Below are positions 56,925-64,000 of a DNA stretch of 64,000 bases, one piece after another. The first letter of the stretch is position 1. Each line of letters starts with the position of its first letter. The stretch spans positions 24,800,001 to 24,864,000 of the forward strand of contig OX597836.1 of the NCBI GenBank assembly GCA_951406725.2, written 5' to 3'. The position numbers and the translations under genes were made by a program. This DNA is from Octopus vulgaris (Eukaryota). Below the pieces are notes generated by a model. That model made no database searches. It was not told the origin of the DNA and saw only the letters and a program-made list of their open reading frames with translations.

Positions 56925-57418
56925 TTAATGCAAAAAATATTGTGTTTATTGACTATCTTCAAAATGTTCACACCATCAATGGCAAGTTCAATGCCAACTT
57001 GCTAAGGCAATTATGAAAGGCTATCAAGACCAAACATCCAGAAAAACTGATGAATGTGGCCTTGTTTCATTAGGACAATTCTCCAGCACACAAGTCCTTG
57101 GTTTCAATGGTTGCTGTGCGTAACTGGCTTTGAACTGGTTGATCACCTTCCCTATGTTAGTGGTTTGGTTCCATCTGTTTCCCAACATAGAAAACTCTCA
57201 GCTGGACTCCAGCATCACAGTGATGATGACATCTTATCTGCTGTTGATGACCATTTTGACAAACAGAATAGCTTCTTCGCCAGTGCAATCCAAGCACTGC
57301 AACTACTGATGGAAGTGTATGGACAGTAAGAGGAACTACATAAAAAAATGAACTTTTTTGGTCACATTCTATGAGAGTGTCTTGCTCAGCCTATGGACAT
57401 TTCAGCTGACCTTCACAA
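56925..57418 (+). pseudogene. Mariner transposase 3' remnant
   Basis: IVFIDYLQNVHTING...LLRQL*KAIKTK...DNSPAHKS...GFELVDHLPY, the DD34D region with stops. Confidence 0.85.
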
Positions 57419-58429
57419 CAATAAAAATTATTATTATTATTATACCTTCCTTTATTTTTAATGTTAACATTAAAAAAAAAACCAAATTTTTCATTAAAAA
57501 ATTTAGACCCGAGTTTGCACTTAGAAAACAAATTTTGTTCCCAGGCTTCTGCATATGGGAGTGGGTGCACGTAACAATAACAACACCCATATACACACCA
57601 CATGCACATATGCAATCATGAATACCTGAGCAATGATATATATATATCATCATTGTCGTTGTCATCATCATCATTGTTATTTACCATCCGCCTTCCATGC
57701 TGGCTGGCCTGCATTAATCACAAAGGTTTATCAAAGTCAAGGTTGCACTCGGTCACCATACTAAACAACATATTAACATTGTTTGCTCATTTCTATTATA
57801 AGTGTATGTATTTAGCATTGTTGTGTGGTACATTAAGAAACAAAATAAATATTTTATGTGTATTTGCATGGACATGTATTCATAGAAAGACAAACAAAAA
57901 TAGCAGTCAATCTCTTTTGAATCGCATCCTAGATATAGGGTCACAGCTGGAACACCTTTGACACTGGATCAACTCAATCAGAGAGATAATCTGGGGATAA
58001 GCCACATAACTAATAACAATAAAAAAAGGGCATTTCTGTGCTGGGATCTTACAACCTGGGTGTCCACACACTTGGGGGTGCAAGATGCTACTTCAAAAAT
58101 TGCAACAAAGAGGCAAAGTATATACCATATTAAAATCATTATTCAGACCAAAGTTAATAAACTCATAAAAACAGTTTTATTAGTCTACTAGTGTAGACAG
58201 TAGATTACATCAACCGATGATTGTTTAAGTATCACATCGTAGAAGTATCGTTTATTGATATCAATGAAAAAAGACTTCCTTCTAAGACTTTCATGATATA
58301 AATACATTGAGAAGATGTGATCTTTTACTCAGTTTCTCTGTAGAGTTTCATTGATTAAATATTTTATCCCAAGAATAAAAATGGTATGAAAAGTGTTTTG
58401 AACATCCTGTTTATGCTCCTTATATATAA

Positions 58430-58724
58430 CTAGCAGTATTGCCCGGCGTTGCTCCGGTTTGTAAGGGAAATAACTATATAAGCATTTTTAGAGAGTTACT
58501 TCCCTTATATAACCCGAGCAAAAATCATTAAAAATGCAGAAAAATTATGGTAATTTTTTTTTTAATCGTAGACGTGTGCTAATACCCAGAAGGGCTCGAT
58601 ATGAATGACAACTATAAGATACCCGCTTTTGGTTAAACTGCACCGCAAAATGTGGGAATAGTTAGGAATCTAAATCAGAGGAGACAGAGTCTCACACACA
58701 CAACTTGAATTTTATATATAAAGA
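58430..58724 (-). mobile_element. Non-autonomous Helitron, shorter variant
   Basis: Same TC...hairpin-CTAG ends as 37987-38495. Confidence 0.85.
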
Positions 58725-58920
58725 TATTCCACAAAAACTTTTTCTCTATTTTCAAGTACCAAGTCTGTAGGAATTAGTGATCATGGAATTTTATGCCAAA
58801 GTGTGAGGATTCATGATTTTTTGTAGCAAAGATACAGCAATGGTTTGCATTGCCTTCTGTCAGGTTATTTAGTTTATTTATAGCTTACCCAAAAAATCTC
58901 CTGTTTCCCTAAACTTACCC

Positions 58921-59148
58921 TTAACCATTTAGCAGGCAAATAATTCTATCAAATGGAAAGCTTATTTATTAAGATTGTCTTGAATTAATCATGTACTGTC
59001 TTTTAGCTCTGAGATTTTGATGATGTAATGGATAATTTTTAAAATGACATTATAGGGTAGGTGTGAGAAGCCAGATGTGACCAGTTTGGACATAAAACGG
59101 GTAGAATGATTGGGTCTGAAATGATTGGTTTAAATACTAAAGGGTTAA
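58921..59148. mobile_element. piggyBac-type MITE
   Basis: TTAA|CCATTTAG...CTAAAGGG|TTAA. A related copy is at 61323-61562 and possibly 17592-17810. Confidence 0.7.
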
Positions 59149-59409
59149 GGCAAAGGGCCCATTTCACCCTTAGGTAGGGGAACTGGTCCACATGACATTA
59201 GGCGATGTTCACATACCAGTGAGCCTGTTGTAGGGCCAATGTTTCAAGGCCAGTTCTCCTGCTAGTTCTGTATACTTTAGCCACAGGTCCATCTTCTGTC
59301 CTTTGATCTATGTATGACTGGGGCTCCAAAAAGGTAACTACCAACCCAGGTTAGAACAAACCTGGGAGCAGTGATGGACTAAGGAGTAGCACCATATTTG
59401 CCAAAACTC

Positions 59410-59639
59410 GGCGGCGAGCTGGCAGAAACGTTAGCGCGACGGGCGAAATGCTTCGCGGTATTTCGTCTGTCGTTACGTTCTGAGTTCAAATTCCGTCGAG
59501 GTCGACTTTGCCTTTCATCCTTTCGGGGTCGATAAATAAAGTACCAGTTTCGCACTGGGGTCGATGTAATTTACTTAATCCGTTTGTCTGTCCTTGATTG
59601 TCTTCTCTGTGTTTAGCCCCTTGTGGGTAGTAAAGAAAT
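59410..59639 (+). mobile_element. SINE family B, full length with 16-bp TSD
   Basis: TSD ATATTTGCCAAAACTC at 59394-59409 and 59640-59655. Confidence 0.95.
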
Positions 59640-59699
59640 ATATTTGCCAAAACTCCTCAATTCCTGAACTTCACCACAAAATCTTAGCCAAGGTAAACA

Positions 59700-60100
59700 A
59701 TCATCATCATCATCATTATCATTTAACATCCGTTTTCCCAGCTGACATGGGTTGGACGGTTTGACAGGAGCTGTCCAGATTCCATGTCTGTTTTGGCCTG
59801 GTTGCCTTTTCTAACATCAACCACTTTACAGAGTGTACTGGGTGCACTTTACGTGGCACCAGTAAAGGGGATTTTTACATGGCACCGGCACCCGCAAGTC
59901 AGCAAGATTAGAGATGCCCAGCTGGAGAGGCATGCAGGGACAATGTCAAGTTTACTTAGCTTGATATGTCTTCTCAAGCACAGCACACTGCCAGAAGTCT
60001 CAGCCCCCTGTCATCCTCTCTGTGAATCCCAATGTCTATAGACTCTTTCTCACCACTCTATCCCACATCTTTCTGAGTCTACCCAACCACATGTCCCCTT
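59700..60100 (-). mobile_element. RTE-type LINE 3' end with (ATG)n tail
   Basis: Minus strand GRLRKMWDRVVRKSL*TLG...FWQCAV. Related tails at 57660-57710, 60845-60985 and 62486-62680. Confidence 0.65.
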
Positions 60101-60206
60101 CGCTACAAAACATTCCTTTCAATTTTAACCACACCATTGTCACAGCAGGTAATTTCTTTTACCCATAATTTAAGAATTTAATGTGAAATGTGACTAAAGT
60201 CACATA

Positions 60207-60614
60207 GGCGCAGGAGTGACTGTGTGGTAAGTAGCTTGCTTACCAACCACATGGTTCCGGGTTCAGTCCCACTGCGTGGCATCTTGGGCAAGTGTCTTCT
60301 GCTATAGCCCCAGGCCGACCAATGCCTTGTGAGTGGATTTGGTAGACGGAAACTGAAAGAAGCCTGTCGTATATATGTATATATATATATGTATGTGTGT
60401 GTGTGTTTGTGTGTCTGTGTTTGTCCCCCTAGCATTGCTTGACAACCAATGCTGGTGTGTTTACGTCCCCGTCACTTAGCGGTTCAGCAAAAGAGACCGA
60501 TAGAATAAGTACTGGGCTTACAAAGAATAAGTCCCGGGGTCGATTTGCTCGACTAAAGGTGGTGCTCCAGCATGGCCGCAGTCAAATGACTGAAACAAGT
60601 AAAAGAGTAAAAGA
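60207..60614 (+). mobile_element. SINE family A
   Basis: Full-length copy. Confidence 0.9.
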
Positions 60615-61099
60615 AAGTTTTCAACCACAAATGAAATTTTCTTCATTTAAATTTTAAGGTTAATTCATACAAAAATTGATTTCCATTCTTGTTTCATCAG
60701 TGAAACAAGGGAGACTGCTCTGGACACCCACATTGTGTTCTCCCTGATATGTAGTCATGGCAACAATATAGTTTTTAAAGATAATTTTATAGACATTCAC
60801 TGATTCAGATGTTTTAATATTTATCTACTACCTGCAGTAGTGTTTAATGTCCTTCTTCCACAATGCATGCATAGGTAGGACGGTTCACAGTAGCTGACCA
60901 AGAGCCAAGTAGAAAAACTCCCCTATGCTCCTGTGTCAGTTTTGGCAGTGTTTTACAAATGGATGCTCTTCCTAACACCAACCTGGAACCATGTGGTTGG
61001 GGAACAAGCTTCTTACCACACAGCTATGCCTGCACTTATCTTTGTGTTTCAATGTTTTGTTCTTTTCTTTCACAGTTTCTCATCTTGGACATTTTTCAG

Positions 61100-61236
61100 A
61101 TACACATTCCAAAGAAAATGGTATGTTAAATAAAAGAGATCATAAACGCTTTCTACACGAGAAGGGCCTGCAAGCACTGAAGTCAGGGTTAAAGATCTGC
61201 ATTGACCTAAGTTTTGAAGAGAAAATGTCTGAAAAG
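61100..61236 (+). CDS. TRMT10B: Coding exon of a Trm10-family tRNA (m1G9/m1A9) methyltransferase, TRMT10B-like
   Basis: TTTTTCAG| ... GAAAAG|GTTTGT splice sites. THSKENGMLNKRDHKRFLHEKGLQALKSGLKICIDLSFEEKMSEK resembles the start of the Trm10 domain (human TRMT10B recalled as KLLEAKHSGPRLCIDLSMTHYMSKK). Paralog assignment is tentative and the next exon was not found in the window. Confidence 0.75.
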
Positions 61237-61322
61237 GTTTGTTTCATGTGGTTTTTTTCTACAAATGTTGTTATTTGTAATATTTAGTTTCCTGTTTCAA
61301 GTCATGCTGACCTAACAGACTA

Positions 61323-61562
61323 TTAACCCTTTCACACTCAGAATATTCTGTCAAATGTAATATTTATTCCCTGTGATTTGAATTAGACATGCATTAGTCA
61401 TATCTCATAGCTTTGGGACTTCAATTATGGGTTGTTTACTTTCAGTATGACATTGTGAGACAGGCAGAAGAGAGACTGTGTGTGACCAGTTTGAGCATAA
61501 AACATGTAGGATAGTTTACCTGGATATGACCAGTTGTGGCCAGTTTAAATGCTGAAAGGTTA
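61323..61562. mobile_element. piggyBac-type MITE, second copy
   Basis: TTAACCCTTTCA...TGAAAGGTTA, with a body similar to 58921-59148. Confidence 0.65.
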
Positions 61563-61582
61563 CACGTTATAGCATTTGTTCT

Positions 61583-61797
61583 AAGGCAGCAAGCTGGATG
61601 AAGCGTTAACATGCTGGGCAAAATGCTAAGCGAAATTTCGTCTGTCTTTACGTTCTGAGTTCAAATTCCACCGAGGTCAACTTTGCCTTTCATCCTTTCG
61701 GGGATGATAAATTAAGTACCAGTTGCATACTGGAGTTGAACTAATTGACTGGTCCCCTCCCCAAAAATTTTGGGCCTTGTCCCTAGAGTACAAAAGA
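61583..61797 (+). mobile_element. SINE family B (tail type 1)
   Basis: Match to other B copies. Confidence 0.85.
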
Positions 61798-62155
61798 TTT
61801 TAGGATTTGTTCTGATTCTCTGTTCAAATTCCACTGTTACTCAGTTGTTGTCTCAACTCAATTGTACGTTTCCTTTAATGTGAGTGTGTGTGTGTGTGTA
61901 TGTTTATATGTATATATTTCATAGATGAGAACCAGATATTCTCTGTATAGAGTACCCTTTGTAGTGCTCAGGAGATTTACACTTGAGCATGTACAGAGGT
62001 AAATGTAAGGATAAGGGAATTAGACAGATCAATATGTAAAGTACATTAAATACATGAAATACAAAAAAATGTATGTCTATATACATTTAAATAGGTCCAG
62101 CTTACACAGGGTACAAATGATATAGAGAATTAAAGGGGTGGTGAAAAAGTATTAC

Positions 62156-62226
62156 AAATCCAACAGCTGTTTCTGGGGGCTTGATGATCCATAATAATAT
62201 CTATAGCTTGATTCCATCATAGGATG
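62156..62226 (-). ncRNA. Decayed hammerhead-like motif
   Basis: Minus strand ATCC-(TATGA)-TGG...CCA-GAAA-CAGCTGTT-GGAT. The first core box is damaged. Confidence 0.4.
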
Positions 62227-62744
62227 AGATGAGCCTTTGACTTCAGGGAAGAGATCTTAAATGTGAGATGTTAAACAAGAAAAGTTCAAAGATGGATTTA
62301 TGTGTACATATATGCATATCTTTCGCAGTTAAATTAACAAAAAAATTAAAATCAATTAGTTTTCTACAAAGCTCTACAGAGTGTAATACAAACTGCCCGT
62401 CTCCCTATTGATGTATTCATGATGAATGGTGACAGGAAGGGTAACTATTGTCGGTCAATCTTAACGGTCAATCAAGGTGAGGAGATCATCATCATCATTT
62501 AGCGTCCGCTTTCCATGCTAGCATGGGTTGGACGGTTCAACTGGGGACTGTGAAGCCGGAAGGATGCATCAGGCCCAGTTTGATCTGGCAGTGTTTCTAC
62601 AGCTGGATGCCCTTCCTAACGCCAACCACTCCGTGAGTGTAGTGGTTGCTTTTTACATGCCACCCGCACAGGTGCCAGACAGAGTTTCACAGAAATAAAA
62701 GACAGCCAAGTACATTTCAAATGTGATTTTTGAGAACCTTAAAG

Positions 62745-62900
62745 GCAAAGTTTTTATTGTAGGGCACCAACCTACAACACTGTAGCAGTGCTGTCTGGAA
62801 AGCACAACAATGTTCAGAAACATATAAAGGATGTGAATTCTAAAGACAAATTCGTTCCCTGTTCAAATCTTTATCTTAATTTGGCAGCTGTTCCAATGGC
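62745..62900 (+). pseudogene. hAT transposase remnant
   Basis: YNTVAVLSGKHNNVQKHIKDVNSKDKFVPCSNLYLNL resembles the hAT motif YDxAxxMSGxxxGVQ...FVxCxxHxLNL. Confidence 0.75.
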
Positions 62901-62928
62901 TGGTGTTACAGTTTGGGGAGCTGAGGAA

Positions 62929-63323
62929 TACTCTTTACTCTCTCTCGTTTACTTGTTTCAGTCATTTGGCTGCGGCCATGCTGGAGCACCACCTTTAGTC
63001 GAGCAAATCGACCCCGGGACTTATTCTTTGTAAGCCTAGTACTTATTCTATCGGGCTCTTTTGCCGAACCGCTAAGTTACAGGGACGTAAACACACCAGC
63101 ATCGGTTGTCAAGCGATGTTGGGGGACAAACACACACACACATATATATATACATATATACAATGGGCTTCTTTCAGTTTCCATCTACCAAATCCACTCA
63201 CAAGGCTTTGGTCGGCCCGAGGCTATAGTAGAAGACACTTGCCCAAGGTGTCACGCAGTGGGACTGAACCCGGAATCATGTGGTTGGTAAGCAAGCTACT
63301 TACCACACAGCCACTCCTGCGCC
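62929..63323 (-). mobile_element. SINE family A
   Basis: Reverse-complement full-length copy. Confidence 0.9.
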
Positions 63324-64000
63324 TATGACTGCATACTTTCTCCCTTCCCCTCATCATTGATAAGATTGGTTAATAACAACCATGGCATTAAGAGGGTGCT
63401 TGAAATGAGACACAATGCAAAACAACAAGCTAAAGTAAAGATTTTTGCCAACATAACATGGCAGTCCTTGTTTAGGACGAATGTTGCTGTAATTTAGCCC
63501 CAGGAGACATCATCTGCAGCTGGTTATACGAAACGATCTGTGTCCTTTATATGCAGACCTGATTAGGAGTTTAAAACAATAATTTTCCTTTTCCTGAGTT
63601 TCTGAGGGACTGTTCTTCCAGAAATCAACAACATACAAGAGCACATGCAGACTTGAAATTAAATATTCACCAACATGAAATGAAGACGGTTTCTTTTAAG
63701 GCATTCTTACATCATAATAGAGAGATGCTCCAGCATGGCCACAGTCAAATGACTGAAACACATAAAAGAATAAATATACAAAAGAAGTTTGTTGTAACCT
63801 CTGCATTGAGAGAGAAAGGAGAGAATGGGGTGGAGATCAAATGATATCAGGCTGACCTTTCAAACAAAAATGAAAAAAATATTTCAGTGTCCCAACAAAA
63901 AGTAGGATTTCCTTATCCCAACCAACCTAACAAATGTAGAATTTGGATTTGAAGAGGAGGAAGACATCAATAATATGGCAGAAGTCAAGATTGTAAGGAA

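Overview
AT-rich, repeat-saturated animal genomic DNA, most likely an octopus (coleoid cephalopod). That is an inference from the density of (TA)n/(TATG)n/(GATA)n/(CA)n/(TAA)n microsatellites and several abundant tRNA-headed SINE families. Nearly all ORFs in the track are microsatellite or SINE artefacts. The one convincing host coding sequence is an exon of a Trm10-family tRNA m1R9 methyltransferase (TRMT10B-like, 61100-61236, +). It lies in a visibly CpG-depleted zone starting near 56.2 kb. The rest is transposon debris: R4/Dong, RTE, CR1, Tx1/L1-like, Penelope-like, mariner, hAT, piggyBac-type MITEs and Helitrons. The most interesting signals are: (1) about ten type I hammerhead-ribozyme motifs, intact or decayed, in short microsatellite-embedded Penelope-like/retrozyme-like modules, including one inverted repeat that ends exactly at the predicted cleavage site; (2) a full-length U6 snRNA fused to a SINE inside target-site duplications; (3) a 146-bp-arm fold-back palindrome made from an RTE 3' end; (4) a 548-bp non-coding element found twice with identical ends inside (TAA)n, possibly a non-autonomous partner of the R4/Dong LINEs. 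All calls were made by eye, with no database searches, and coordinates may be off by a few bases.
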